Below the pieces are notes generated by a model. The model did not search any database. It saw nothing but the letters and a program-made list of their open reading frames with translations, and had not been told where the DNA came from. Positions 36,090-46,483 of a stretch of 64,000 nt of DNA are shown here, in pieces. The translations under genes and the position numbers were made by a program. How positions within the stretch are numbered: position 1 is the first letter of the stretch; each line of letters begins with the position of its first letter. Source of the stretch: a virus; IMG/VR virus record IMGVR_UViG_3300017963_000271, positions 4,026 to 68,025 of that record. One strand, given 5' to 3'.

Positions 36090-38531
36090 TTAGCGATTTT
36101 CCCATACACGCACCTCCATACCGAGGACTTCTAAGTACATGGTGCCTGAAGTAGTAGCATCCTGGAATTTGAGAGATATAAGGGGATCCTTCACGTTTAG
36201 ACTAAGCAGGTGCCGACGTACGAGTTGGTTTGTGATCTCTGCGTCTGTGGCCAATGTGATAGAATCCTTTTGGATACCATTCTCATAAGTAGTGAGTGTG
36301 AATTCACCGCTTGCCTGTGTGCGCGCCTGGATCATGAGCCACAAGAGATCGAGCCAATGTCCGCCGCCTGTGAGCTCTACCTGGAGATAAGAAGTGATGT
36401 CTGTTGAGACATCTACCGTGCCGTAGTTGAGTTGATAGACGTAACCATCAGCCGTACCACCGCCTACTTGTACCACAGGGACATTACCACTGGCGGCATC
36501 GACGTTTTCCATGAAGGCTAGTGCCTGGGCTGGAGAATCGAAGTACCAACACTTATCAATCAAGTCATATAACAGAAAGACATTGGGTACAGTAGCACTG
36601 GATCCGGACACTATACCTATGCGAATCATTCTATAAAGGGGATCGTACTTGAGCCAGTGTTGATCCTCATAACCACGCCGAATACATTCGCTCTCCCGCG
36701 GGTCGAAATAGTTCTGAATATCGTCCGAAACAATAGCGATAGAAGCGCCGTCCGTCATGCAGACTCCATACCTCGACAAGAAAAAGGCTAAGGTCTTCAC
36801 TGTCTCGTCCGTCGCTGTGGCCACATACACGTTCTCCACAATGTCCGCCGACTTCGCATTGAAGGTCCCCAACTTCGTCGATAAGACTAACTTCCCAAAC
36901 GTCGCCGGATTGTAGCCTTGAATAATCGTTATACATCCGCCTTCCGTTCCTTTCTCTTCTTGCCATACCATCAAGTCGTTATAGAACTTCCGCATAGCCG
37001 TGACCTTATGCGGCCGGCCGTCACCCACTTCTATGATTGCGAATTCATCCCCGTTGAGTACCTGCGGAGCATTAGGTGCCGTGATATAAACATACTCCTG
37101 GAACTTGTCAGCAAAGGTGTAGACAGCCCTCTCTTTCCACACGCAACTGCATTGGCCATAATATCCTAGATCATGGATGTCGAAATAAGGCATCACATCA
37201 ATGGATACTTGCATATCGGCGGAAAGTTGTGTATCAAATGCGAGTTTATACCAGTAGGCGAAATAGGCGGTGGACTCGAACTGCTTGGGCATGACGGCCG
37301 CTTGTCTACCAAACCGCATCCACCCGGAATTGGAGAGGCCGCTCGTGCCATCATCCGTGGTGCCCACAGAGACCCAACTATCGCCATCCCAGTAGTAAAC
37401 AACAGAATTCTCGAGAGCTGTTCCGGTAGCATTGGGGTATTGGCCCACATCCCAATAGATGCCTTCAATAGGATCCGTCGAGGCTATATAGATGTCTTTG
37501 CCAGATGCAAGCTCATCGAGATTGACAGCGTCGGATGAATATGTGTCAAATTGTGACGTCCCTTCAACCATGACTTCGATTGCGGCTCGAGGGACACCGT
37601 CCCATAAATTCTCAATTTCATCAAAGCTCGAATCAAACGTAACACTGGAAATCTCCACTTCAGAGTCTAATTGTGTGTCAACGACGAACATGTACCAATA
37701 GCCGACAGCCCCGTAGTTGAGCGTGGCTTGAATATCTGTTGGTTCAGTAAAGCTCAGCGTGCCGGACACTGCCATGGTTTTACTATCATCAGAGGTGCCA
37801 TCACTTTCACCTGAGAGAGCAGACCAGGTATTATCGCTTTTCCAATAGTAACCTGCTATTGCAGAAGCGGTTCCATTTGCCTTAGACACTGTGAAGGTGA
37901 AGGACTTCGCTGGAATAGGCGTACATATGAGGATACAATCACCGTTGGCAGCAGTGTCAAGTGAATCAAGGACAGCAACAGTAGAAGATTGGCCATCAGT
38001 CACCTTTTTCGTGTAATCAAAGCCAAGCTCGAATACGTTATCGACGCCTGTGGGATTAGAACCATAATTCATCACGACGATGAATTTCTGCACATAGCTG
38101 CCGGTGCCCGCCCAAAGCTGATGCTGATCAGAGGCGTGGGAGTATACCAACATGTCGTTGAGGTTGCCCCAGGAGGCCGGCTTCATATTGGTGGAGGTCA
38201 GGCTGACTTTCTCAGAGCCGAATGCGCCGGTAGTGACAGTGGGGGGATTGTTCGTGGCAATGTGGATGTCGCCGTCCGACCACTGAATCATGAAATGGTT
38301 TTCAGACACGCGGGTCTTTTTGAACTGGTAGCCTGTGACTGCCTGGTTAGTGCTGTCAGCTTCGGAGTGTAGTCTGCGGCAGCCTTTCCGTTTCTCAAAG
38401 CCAGGATGGACAGGGCGCAGATTCTGGACCATAGAGAATTGGCCGGGCTGGAGTAAAGCCTTCTCTCGAACGGTGACAGCTCCCCCGCGGAGAGGCGCCC
38501 CGGTCACTTTGAATAATTCGCGCAGTGCCAT
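36090..38531 (-). CDS. Tail nozzle / tubular protein B-like
   Basis: 813 aa, beta-propeller-like; QNL...GFEKRKG N-terminus; follows the adaptor gene. Confidence 0.65.
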   Translation of the reverse strand: MALRELFKVTGAPLRGGAVTVREKALLQPGQFSMVQNLRPVHPGFEKRKGCRRLHSEADSTNQAVTGYQFKKTRVSENHFMIQWSDGDIHIATNNPPTVTTGAFGSEKVSLTSTNMKPASWGNLNDMLVYSHASDQHQLWAGTGSYVQKFIVVMNYGSNPTGVDNVFELGFDYTKKVTDGQSSTVAVLDSLDTAANGDCILICTPIPAKSFTFTVSKANGTASAIAGYYWKSDNTWSALSGESDGTSDDSKTMAVSGTLSFTEPTDIQATLNYGAVGYWYMFVVDTQLDSEVEISSVTFDSSFDEIENLWDGVPRAAIEVMVEGTSQFDTYSSDAVNLDELASGKDIYIASTDPIEGIYWDVGQYPNATGTALENSVVYYWDGDSWVSVGTTDDGTSGLSNSGWMRFGRQAAVMPKQFESTAYFAYWYKLAFDTQLSADMQVSIDVMPYFDIHDLGYYGQCSCVWKERAVYTFADKFQEYVYITAPNAPQVLNGDEFAIIEVGDGRPHKVTAMRKFYNDLMVWQEEKGTEGGCITIIQGYNPATFGKLVLSTKLGTFNAKSADIVENVYVATATDETVKTLAFFLSRYGVCMTDGASIAIVSDDIQNYFDPRESECIRRGYEDQHWLKYDPLYRMIRIGIVSGSSATVPNVFLLYDLIDKCWYFDSPAQALAFMENVDAASGNVPVVQVGGGTADGYVYQLNYGTVDVSTDITSYLQVELTGGGHWLDLLWLMIQARTQASGEFTLTTYENGIQKDSITLATDAEITNQLVRRHLLSLNVKDPLISLKFQDATTSGTMYLEVLGMEVRVWENR

Positions 38532-38540
38532 GAGGGCCTC

Positions 38541-39446
38541 CTAATCCCAGATAGTATAATCTAATTCACCAATGTTGACAGGAATGCCGAACGTACCGCC
38601 ATAATCAGAAAAGAGATCCATGCTGGGGATGTCTTCCGGCGTGCCTATGAATCCGGACAGCGCTTCGGCCATCTGGAGATTCCACATATCGATTTCACGC
38701 TTGGTGGGCTTCTCCTGGGAGGCTGGGTGCTCCTTGACAAGAATAGCGGCAAACGGGGCAATAAGGTTGTGGAATTCATCGGGCATATCGGGGACAGTGC
38801 CGTAATAATCATTTGCCTCTCCAGTCATGCCGGATATGGTAGCTGCGCGCGAGGAAGCGGTGTAATCAGAAATGGTGCCCGAAGATGCGTCGGTGTAGTT
38901 GTCAAGCGTCAGCCCATTATAGTAGTCGTCTATACGAATGGTATAGACAGCATCCTCAAGATTTATGGATCCAGAAGCGCCACCAGACGCTTTTCCACAA
39001 GTGAGGTCCCGAGGCTTTTTATAATACTTGAGACGATAGGTGGCGCCCTCAGTGGAGTCCATAACCACAAAGGTACGCCCTAATCGATAATAGACGTTAT
39101 CAGAACCGTCCGCATTCTTGACGGGAGTTTGTTTAAAACTAGAAGGGAAGACTTTGTTGTAGTTTTCATCCTCGAATTGAATGACGCGTCCATAATCCCA
39201 CGGAAGACTAAACACGCCACTCGAACCTGTAATAGTCGTGGATGTGGCAAAGATCTCCCGAGCGGAGGTTTTCATGATGATAGAGTAGATATGCTTTTGG
39301 GCGTCATTAATTTTCTTGAGTAGCCAGGCGTTGGTGTACTTGCCGGAGGTATCCGTGCCTAACCATAGGCCGGACGTGTATTCATTGATGTCATTCCGAA
39401 GATCATAAAGAATCTTGAACGCGCTTTCATAACTGTGTGCAGCCAT
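38541..39446 (-). CDS. Head-tail adaptor protein
   Basis: WLLKKINDAQ...FSLPWDY...YYKKP...MPDEFHNLI adaptor pattern. Confidence 0.65.
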   Translation of the reverse strand: MAAHSYESAFKILYDLRNDINEYTSGLWLGTDTSGKYTNAWLLKKINDAQKHIYSIIMKTSAREIFATSTTITGSSGVFSLPWDYGRVIQFEDENYNKVFPSSFKQTPVKNADGSDNVYYRLGRTFVVMDSTEGATYRLKYYKKPRDLTCGKASGGASGSINLEDAVYTIRIDDYYNGLTLDNYTDASSGTISDYTASSRAATISGMTGEANDYYGTVPDMPDEFHNLIAPFAAILVKEHPASQEKPTKREIDMWNLQMAEALSGFIGTPEDIPSMDLFSDYGGTFGIPVNIGELDYTIWD

Positions 39447-39462
39447 GGGATCTCCTTGATGT

Positions 39463-39516
39463 AAAGAAAAGGGGAATTACTTGACATGACGCGACGGTAT
39501 ATGTAAGAAATTCCCC
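39463..39516 (-). terminator. Possible intrinsic terminator
   Basis: GGGGAATT...AATTCCCC stem followed by TTTTCTTT on the minus strand. Confidence 0.4.
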
Positions 39517-39538
39517 TGTATCGCTACATAACGTCAAG

Positions 39539-40318
39539 TTATTCAGGAAAAGGCCATGGGGCGTCAGAAAGAATCTTGTTCCATTTGGCCTTGATTTCTG
39601 TTACAAGCGCTTGGCCATTCTCTGTTTTGGGCCACTCGACCTGAATGTCTTCCGGATGTTCCATTACCCACTGGCCGAGCTGCATACCATTCATGTATTT
39701 AAGGCGATGCTTGAGCTCTGCGAATTCGTCCTGGCTGGCGATATCTTCTTCAGCGATCTGCTGAATTTCTGCTTCGGCTTCTGAATCCTCAAGCTTGCCC
39801 TCAAGAGCAACTTGCTGGCCAGGAGTATCAAGCTCTTTGAACCTATCTGCACCACTACTCTTGAGTAGCGCGATAAGCTCGGCGTTCTGGGCCAACGTAG
39901 CATTGAGATCCTGCTGTAACTTGGCGACAGTGGTGCGCATTTCAGCAAGCTCGATGCTCTCAGTAGGCTTGTTGGTCCACGGGCCGAGAAGATCTTGTCC
40001 AAGCGCCTTGGCCTTGTCTGCCAATTGCTTGGTAGGAGCGACGTAGGATCTGTGCTCCATGCGCCGGCCTTCGTTGTCCTGATTGAACCGCGTGATCTGA
40101 CGCATCCAGAATTCGTCGTGGATCTCCATGGCCTTCCGCTTCTTCTCTTTTGGATCATCACCAAACTGAAGAATCAATAGGCCGCGGGGACCAAATTGGC
40201 TCAGGATATGCTTGGCCCTTGCCTCATCGAATTCCTTGATGTCCCCGGGTTTGAGTGTACCATCCTGCCCGAGGTGCATCCACTTAAACTCATCGGGTGT
40301 AAAATTTGCAATTACCAT
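39539..40318 (-). CDS. Hypothetical head-module protein with coiled coil
   Basis: 259 aa; AAGGAG RBS. Confidence 0.6.
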   Translation of the reverse strand: MVIANFTPDEFKWMHLGQDGTLKPGDIKEFDEARAKHILSQFGPRGLLILQFGDDPKEKKRKAMEIHDEFWMRQITRFNQDNEGRRMEHRSYVAPTKQLADKAKALGQDLLGPWTNKPTESIELAEMRTTVAKLQQDLNATLAQNAELIALLKSSGADRFKELDTPGQQVALEGKLEDSEAEAEIQQIAEEDIASQDEFAELKHRLKYMNGMQLGQWVMEHPEDIQVEWPKTENGQALVTEIKAKWNKILSDAPWPFPE

Positions 40319-40405
40319 GTTTGACTCCTTTCGTCAGTTTCACTAATTAATCAAGTTTGTTAATTTAGTGAACTTTAGAGTGTTTTGAGAGTATTGGTTT
40401 TTGTG

Positions 40406-40948
40406 CTACTGCACCTTTTCACTGCCGGCCCAAGGATCCTTACCCTGAGCGCGGGCCTTTTGTATCTCATCGAGTGTCAATCCCTTACGATCAAGATCCA
40501 CTCGTCGAAATTCTGCGTTCGCCTTGCCTTCATTTAACACTTCTCGGCGATACATTCTGCGAAGTTGGATGCGGTCATCAATACTGGCTTCCCGGAAAGT
40601 ATCTTTGGCTTCCTTTTCCTCTTTGGCCATGTTCTCAAGTATCTTGGCTTCAGAAGAAAGGATGAAGTCCTTCAACCTGCCTTTGCGCCAGAGGTCCGCA
40701 GCATGTAATATTGCGATATCCCGCTGATCCGGCTGCCTGAATTCCCCCTTCACACCTGTTACGACAAGAATCTTGTAAGGCGTACCTGTGGGCATCTTAC
40801 GATAGATAGCAAAGCGATGCGTGTCTCTGTCGAATGCCACATAGAGTTTTGGGTCAAAATTCTTGAGACGCTCCTTGAAGCCAGGATCCACTTCGGGAGC
40901 GATGCCTTGGTACGTTTTTTGTTGCTCAACTATGTTCAGTTCGGGCAT
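40406..40948 (-). CDS. Hypothetical protein
   Basis: 180-aa ORF in the structural operon. Confidence 0.6.
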   Translation of the reverse strand: MPELNIVEQQKTYQGIAPEVDPGFKERLKNFDPKLYVAFDRDTHRFAIYRKMPTGTPYKILVVTGVKGEFRQPDQRDIAILHAADLWRKGRLKDFILSSEAKILENMAKEEKEAKDTFREASIDDRIQLRRMYRREVLNEGKANAEFRRVDLDRKGLTLDEIQKARAQGKDPWAGSEKVQ

Positions 40949-41762
40949 TGGCTTCCTCCTGTTCTTTCTTCTCTACCTCTTTGAGGCTCTCATACTCTCC
41001 GGTTTCGGGATTCTTCACCATGATAACCTCATCACCATCCTCGTCCAACACGCTGCCAAGCTGTATCCTGTCTAAGTAGTCATCCGGATTAAAGGTGACG
41101 AGCTTATTATCAGGCCGATCTGTTTTGAGTAATTTCCTACGGGCGCCGGCATCGACAGCCTCGACCATCTTGTCAAGGTCGAGGTCAGCTTCCAGAAAAT
41201 CCACAATCCTCATCGCCGTGGTGCGTGGATATTGCACCATCTCTTTGTACTGTACAAAAAGTATGGGGATATTTTGGTCACGAAGGATAAGCTGGGCGTT
41301 CTGAAGCGCTTCGTCAATGTCATACTCCCAGACAGTGCGGGCCGCGAGAAGAGAACTGATGATCTCTGTTCGATCACGCAGCACGAAGATTGCTTTGTAA
41401 TCGGCATCTATGATAAAAGGAAAACGTTCCACATAAGGACAGACAACTTTGATAGCCCGCCCCAACACAGAGGCGCGCATCTCGGGGTCCTCATGGAGAA
41501 CGCGCATATCGTGCATCTCATAGGTGCCGTATGGATTGAGAAGCAGGCCTTCTTCAGGCTCGACCATATCCTTGTCTGCTACTACTTCAAGCCCGCCAAA
41601 AGCAAGCATTCGCATCATAGTGCTAGTGCCGCTTCTCGGGAATCCGGTCACTATTATCCCGGTTTTCCCTACTAAGCTTTTGTTTGGACTCTCTGATATT
41701 GAGTCGGGCATTGCCATCTCCAAAGATTTTTTGGTAGTTTTCCCGGTAGTCATTTGTGACAC
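40926..41762 (-). CDS. Sulfotransferase-family protein
   Basis: 5'-PSB loop IIVTGFPRSGTSTMMRML, NPYG.YE, 3'-PB IFVLRD...SS, VQYKEMV..P. Confidence 0.8.
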   Translation of the reverse strand: MSQMTTGKTTKKSLEMAMPDSISESPNKSLVGKTGIIVTGFPRSGTSTMMRMLAFGGLEVVADKDMVEPEEGLLLNPYGTYEMHDMRVLHEDPEMRASVLGRAIKVVCPYVERFPFIIDADYKAIFVLRDRTEIISSLLAARTVWEYDIDEALQNAQLILRDQNIPILFVQYKEMVQYPRTTAMRIVDFLEADLDLDKMVEAVDAGARRKLLKTDRPDNKLVTFNPDDYLDRIQLGSVLDEDGDEVIMVKNPETGEYESLKEVEKKEQEEANARTEHS

Positions 41763-41798
41763 GACCGGGGAACCAATCAGTGGTATGAGACATGATAT

Positions 41799-41924
41799 TT
41801 ACTCCTCGTCTTCAGGTTCTACTTCCGGTTCTACTGCGACGGGAGCTTCCGCAGCGGCGATACAGTGAGGACACTCATCGCCAATAAACTTCCCGCCACA
41901 AACTTCACAGCGTTTTGCTTCCAT
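41799..41924 (-). CDS. Tiny Zn-ribbon protein
   Basis: MEAKRCEVCGG...CPHC with AGGAG RBS. Confidence 0.5.
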   Translation of the reverse strand: MEAKRCEVCGGKFIGDECPHCIAAAEAPVAVEPEVEPEDEE

Positions 41925-41925
41925 A

Positions 41926-42120
41926 CTATTTCTCCTTTTTGCCAAAGATTCGATCCCATCCTTCACGGTAGGCGTCATTATTGTAGGAAGGTCCTTCGTA
42001 TGACCAGATTGGGCCGCCTTCCTTGGCGATTTTCTGGATGGTGTCGGCAGAGAATTTGCCAGCCCCTTCAGGACCAGCGGCACGGATACGCTCGTTCCAA
42101 CGGAGTTGGGAGTCTTTCAT
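41926..42120 (-). CDS. Hypothetical protein
   Basis: 64 aa ending YREGWDRIFGKK, a common small phage motif. Confidence 0.55.
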   Translation of the reverse strand: MKDSQLRWNERIRAAGPEGAGKFSADTIQKIAKEGGPIWSYEGPSYNNDAYREGWDRIFGKKEK

Positions 42121-42395
42121 TACATATCCTTGACTTTGTTCCAGATAGCTTGGACACCGGTTTTGATCAACTCAATGTCGTCCTGAAGGTCCTGGAACTT
42201 GTTGTTCATTTGAGCCGCTGTGGGTATGGCATCAATAGCCTCGGTCAAGTCTGTAGAGATTGCATGTAGCATCTTACCGGTACCATCACAACCAGGACAG
42301 GTACTAACTTCTATACCCCCACCGGAAATATTCCTGACGCGCTCTCCTGTACCATTACATCCCTGACAACCGATAGTAAATTCTATAGTATCCAT
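42120..42395 (-). CDS. DnaJ-type Zn-finger plus coiled-coil protein
   Basis: CQGCNGTG and CPGCDGTG. Confidence 0.65.
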   Translation of the reverse strand: MDTIEFTIGCQGCNGTGERVRNISGGGIEVSTCPGCDGTGKMLHAISTDLTEAIDAIPTAAQMNNKFQDLQDDIELIKTGVQAIWNKVKDM

Positions 42396-42406
42396 TTTTG
42401 GACCTT

Positions 42407-42436
42407 AAAAGAGGAGGGGAAAACCCCTCCCCTTTT
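42407..42436. terminator. Intrinsic terminator (possibly bidirectional)
   Basis: AAAAGAGGAGGGG-AAAA-CCCCTCCCCTTTT after the capsid operon genes. Confidence 0.7.
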
Positions 42437-42460
42437 GTTAAACATTTTGGTAAAAACGGA

Positions 42461-43492
42461 TTATGATCCACCAGCGACGGTTTGGTCGAGGTTAATTCCT
42501 AACCCACCACCATCATCCGCGACAGGCATGGTTCCTACGATATTGTAGTTACTGGATTCATCCGTCCAACGATCATACCCGAAGGCAGAACATTGATGTA
42601 GAAGTTGCGGCCATGCACCAGCAGCGTCATGCAGCATAAACACTTCATTGACGTTGGTGCCTGTGCCCGTTCGTGCATCGAAGTTTGTAAAAACCACGTT
42701 ATCCCATAACCAGCCACGACCAATATGTGTCGAACCGGCGGCGGCTTTGTAGACGGTCACTGCGGCGCACGTAGCTGTTTCAGACTGAGATCGTACAAAG
42801 CATCTCCTAAACAATCCACCGTTAGGCTGTGACCCGATAAAGGAAATCTGTCCACTGTAAGCAGCGCTTCTCTTGCCCCAGCAATCTTCGCCGATGTCAC
42901 AGTTGATCCACTTGCAGTTATGGGCGTTTGTCCCAATGTGCAAGGATGCACAATCATCATCCGCGAGTTGCTGAGAGGTCATATTGCCGATAAGCCCGAC
43001 ATTCTCAAACCAGTTGCCGTAGCCATCCACATACAGAGGACTGAAGTTTCCCGCATTCGCACCAGCATTGTTAATGCCGATGTTCTTGAAGATACAGTGA
43101 TCCCCAGTGAGGTGGATAGTGTAATCCACGGCCGCTGTGTCGGTATAGACCACGACGTTTTTCTCACTGTAGTCAGAGCGGGTATTAGGCCCACCAAGAC
43201 CCAGAAGATGCGTGTTATCCTTGGCCCAGTCAATGGAAGCCGTTTCGTCGTATGCACCAGGCATAACGAGCATGACATCGTTCCTATGATTCACAAGCTG
43301 AGCATACCCAGCGGTGAGCGTGGAATAAATCTTGGTGCCGATACCGAGGTTGGTTTCTAGTTCCGACCTGAACTGCGAACTGGATGAGACAGACGGTGCC
43401 ACCCATACCAACTCACCGATACCAGGCCCCAGACCCGTAACGGTCATAATCCACTGGATCAAACTCGAATCCAAATTTCTTTTCTTAATCAT
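42461..43492 (-). CDS. Beta-helix (pectin-lyase-like) capsid-associated protein
   Basis: DVMLVMPGAYDE and repeated beta-helix strands; directly after the major capsid gene. Confidence 0.6.
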   Translation of the reverse strand: MIKKRNLDSSLIQWIMTVTGLGPGIGELVWVAPSVSSSSQFRSELETNLGIGTKIYSTLTAGYAQLVNHRNDVMLVMPGAYDETASIDWAKDNTHLLGLGGPNTRSDYSEKNVVVYTDTAAVDYTIHLTGDHCIFKNIGINNAGANAGNFSPLYVDGYGNWFENVGLIGNMTSQQLADDDCASLHIGTNAHNCKWINCDIGEDCWGKRSAAYSGQISFIGSQPNGGLFRRCFVRSQSETATCAAVTVYKAAAGSTHIGRGWLWDNVVFTNFDARTGTGTNVNEVFMLHDAAGAWPQLLHQCSAFGYDRWTDESSNYNIVGTMPVADDGGGLGINLDQTVAGGS

Positions 43493-43583
43493 TTCGTTTT
43501 CCTTTCATAGTTGACCCCTCTCCCCCAATTAAGGAGGAGAGGATACTAAGTTGAATGAAGGTTGATACTATTTACACCCTTGA

Positions 43584-44906
43584 TTAGAAGGGCATGCTTG
43601 ACGGTTCGGTAAGATCCTCGATGACGGTGAGCGCGTTTCTCTGCTCGACACCAAGGTTGGTGTACACGCGGAGGAACATATAAGCCTCATCATAACCTTC
43701 TCTCCAATGCATCTTCTGGTTGTCCATGCCACCCCATCCAATAGGAGTAAGTTCATACTTCTTGATGGTGTCGCGGGGCTCCATGAAGATCCTGTTAGGT
43801 TGCGTGTGAGGATCCACGATAATCTGGACTCTACCGTTTTGGGCAAAGTCGAGGGTCTCGTAACCACCGAGGAATTTCCCCGGAGCGTACCGGACGTCAT
43901 TGGCCAAAAGGCCAAAGTATTTCCGGCGTTGACCAAGACCCATACGGATAATGTCAACCATCTCGCCGGAGCGGGCGGCCGTCATATCCATACCAGCCAA
44001 CATCAGGTCGATGCTGAGTTCGCGGTTCACGCTGGAATTGGTCAGCCTATTTGCCTTGAATTCCGGATAAGACGAAATAGTCTGGCCCTGGAAGGAGCTC
44101 AGCGCGGTTCCGTCATCATAAAGACCAAGGAGGCCCATCATTTCGTAAGTCGTGGCGGCTGAGTGCGTAGAGGCTCGTGCACCATACCTTACAACGTAGG
44201 TCCCGGAAGCCAGTGTATCCGTGGCTGCCGTAATGGTCCCTGTCGGATGATAACTCTTATAGGAATAGTTACCATTAGCACTTACCGTGATCACCTGGGT
44301 GTTCGGGTTAATGGCCGTCACAACGGCTGCGGACGAGCCGGTTGCCAGAGCGGCACTTTCATAAAAGTCAACACACATGCCTTTCTTGAAGTACCTGACG
44401 CCACGGTCATTCGCCAGCGCGACGGTGTAGCCGGTTCCTGTCGTGGACGCGATGGTCAGCGTGCCGGTCAAAGTACCCAGGAGGCCGGTCCCATTGCCGT
44501 GACATTGCCGGTTAAGGTCATTCACGAGGGATTTGTAGACATTGGAAATCGCATCGCCCTGGACATTCGCAAACGCCATGACGTTGCTTTTACCTGCCTC
44601 AACTGCGAGGCCCGCAAGCTTCAGGACGCCGTAGATCAGTTTCGGCGAAACCACGAACTGAACACCGGCCGGATCCCCGGGATGCGGCAGCTTATGGCCT
44701 TGGCCACGAGCGCCCACGGACTCGATGTCGCCCTGACGAGCGGCAAAGTAGTAGCCTTCACCCCCAGGCTTGTAGGAAGCCTTGCGGTTGGATTTGTTGA
44801 AAAGGTTATAGGTCATCGTGTGACGAGCAAAGAGATCCGTGATCTTATCGCCGTACACTTTCTTGAGTTGATAGCCTATGGCTGTGGTGTCAATAACGTG
44901 AGACAT
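43584..44906 (-). CDS. Major capsid protein
   Basis: 440 aa after scaffold; LKKVYG, NDLNRQ.HG.GTG, EMMGL.G, IIVDP, C-terminal NLGV..RNA..IEDL. Confidence 0.8.
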   Translation of the reverse strand: MSHVIDTTAIGYQLKKVYGDKITDLFARHTMTYNLFNKSNRKASYKPGGEGYYFAARQGDIESVGARGQGHKLPHPGDPAGVQFVVSPKLIYGVLKLAGLAVEAGKSNVMAFANVQGDAISNVYKSLVNDLNRQCHGNGTGLLGTLTGTLTIASTTGTGYTVALANDRGVRYFKKGMCVDFYESAALATGSSAAVVTAINPNTQVITVSANGNYSYKSYHPTGTITAATDTLASGTYVVRYGARASTHSAATTYEMMGLLGLYDDGTALSSFQGQTISSYPEFKANRLTNSSVNRELSIDLMLAGMDMTAARSGEMVDIIRMGLGQRRKYFGLLANDVRYAPGKFLGGYETLDFAQNGRVQIIVDPHTQPNRIFMEPRDTIKKYELTPIGWGGMDNQKMHWREGYDEAYMFLRVYTNLGVEQRNALTVIEDLTEPSSMPF

Positions 44907-44930
44907 TAGATTTTACTCCCTTTCGGATTA

Positions 44931-45977
44931 TTAGTGAGCCGCCTCTAATCCTTTCAGGAGAACTTCTGCAAATTCTTCTTGGGCCTCCCCGAATACATCG
45001 TCGATAGAGGCGTTAGGATCAGCGGCTTTTGATGGTTTCTTCTGTCCACCGCCCACGTCGCCAGCGTCTGCTGCTCGACTGGTAGTGGTCAATTTCGACT
45101 TCCCTTGAGTGTATTCGTCAATCGCGGCCTGCTTGACGCCCTGAATGAAACGAGAAAACGTACCCGCGGCGCTCTTGGCCATCTTGCGAACGGCCATGCG
45201 ATCTTCGATGTCAATCATGTTAGCCGGGTTGTCAACGCCCATGAGCAATCTGGCCATGGCACGTTCGTTATCCGAAAAGGGGTCCTCCAAAGAATCCAAA
45301 ACGCGGTCTACCTCATTTCCGTAATTCTCAATGGCCTCTTGAGAATCCATCAATTCTTGGTGCTGCGTTTTGACCCGTGACAGCTCTGCTTGGAGGTCAG
45401 AATTGGCTTTTTCCAATCGAGTAACGCGCTCGTCCGGGGTCTCATTCTCATACCGCTTATTATCCTGCTCTCGCGTGTAACGGGACTGTGCGTCGCGGAA
45501 TTTGTCAGCGGCTTCCAGAATCTCATCAACGTCCCGGCCTTTGAGCTTCTGGGCAAGACCTTTTCCCGTCTCAAGTTCCTCGACAAGTTCGTCCAGGCTT
45601 AGGTAGCCCTTCTCTTCGAGGAGCTCGTTGAGGCGTTTCTCTGCTGCTCGGGCACTTTTCCACTTGGGATGCTGGTCAAATGGGAGAGGTTTGCCATCCT
45701 CATCATAACCCTCTTTTCCAGCGTTGCCCTTTTCGTCGCCTGTATCTTTCTTTCCGGTATCGTCTGCGGCGGAGGAGTCCGCGTCTTTGCCTCCTTCTTT
45801 GCCGGTCTGGGAATCCCCGGCTTGCCCAGATTTATCACCTGCGGCGGCGGCTTGGGAACCTTCGTCGCCCTGCCCAATTTGTCCCGTGGTCTCGCCATCT
45901 ACCTCAACACTACCGTCAGTGTTGATGGTCATGTCAGGGAAGGATACATCCGCAAAAAGGTCGTCAAAATCACTCAT
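44931..45977 (-). CDS. Capsid scaffolding protein
   Basis: Acidic, disordered N-terminus, PFDQHPKWK, coiled coil; between portal and capsid. Confidence 0.7.
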   Translation of the reverse strand: MSDFDDLFADVSFPDMTINTDGSVEVDGETTGQIGQGDEGSQAAAAGDKSGQAGDSQTGKEGGKDADSSAADDTGKKDTGDEKGNAGKEGYDEDGKPLPFDQHPKWKSARAAEKRLNELLEEKGYLSLDELVEELETGKGLAQKLKGRDVDEILEAADKFRDAQSRYTREQDNKRYENETPDERVTRLEKANSDLQAELSRVKTQHQELMDSQEAIENYGNEVDRVLDSLEDPFSDNERAMARLLMGVDNPANMIDIEDRMAVRKMAKSAAGTFSRFIQGVKQAAIDEYTQGKSKLTTTSRAADAGDVGGGQKKPSKAADPNASIDDVFGEAQEEFAEVLLKGLEAAH

Positions 45978-46101
45978 GTTAATCTCCTTTAGGTTTTATT
46001 TGGATATCCATATTATATGGTGTATCCAATAAATGGTAATGTACATTAGAGTGTTTACATGTACATTATCGGTTCGCCTGTAGTATTTGTCCACTTTATA
46101 T

Positions 46102-46190
46102 GTGCACTTGTGCACTAGAACACACCGACACGACGACACACGCGCACACGGACACTTGAACACAGACCCCTCGGCACACGTATATATAGT
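46102..46190 (+). repeat. 89-bp octamer-array element, copy B
   Basis: 8 x NNNCACNN + ACCCCTCGGCACACGTATATATAGT; five more octamers at 46243-46282. Confidence 0.85.
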
Positions 46191-46282
46191 ATTTTATATG
46201 TGCACAAAGGCCTAATTTTGCAAAATTGATGCCAAAATATACGTGCACACGGACACATGTGCACGCGCGCACACGGACACGG

Positions 46283-46483
46283 CTATCTCCAATGGGATTT
46301 CTTGACAGACTTGTTTCGGCCCAAGATTTTCATGGCCGTGGCATAAGCCTGATCCATTGTATATTCTGGATTGCCTTGCTTGACTTCAATGGCTCTTTTG
46401 TGGAAAGCTGCCGTGTGAACACCTTTGCCATCTGGGGCCTTTATTCCGGCCTTTCTGTACATTTCTCTAATCTTTTTAGACAT
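46283..46483 (-). CDS. Small basic protein
   Basis: 66 aa abutting the portal stop. Confidence 0.55.
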   Translation of the reverse strand: MSKKIREMYRKAGIKAPDGKGVHTAAFHKRAIEVKQGNPEYTMDQAYATAMKILGRNKSVKKSHWR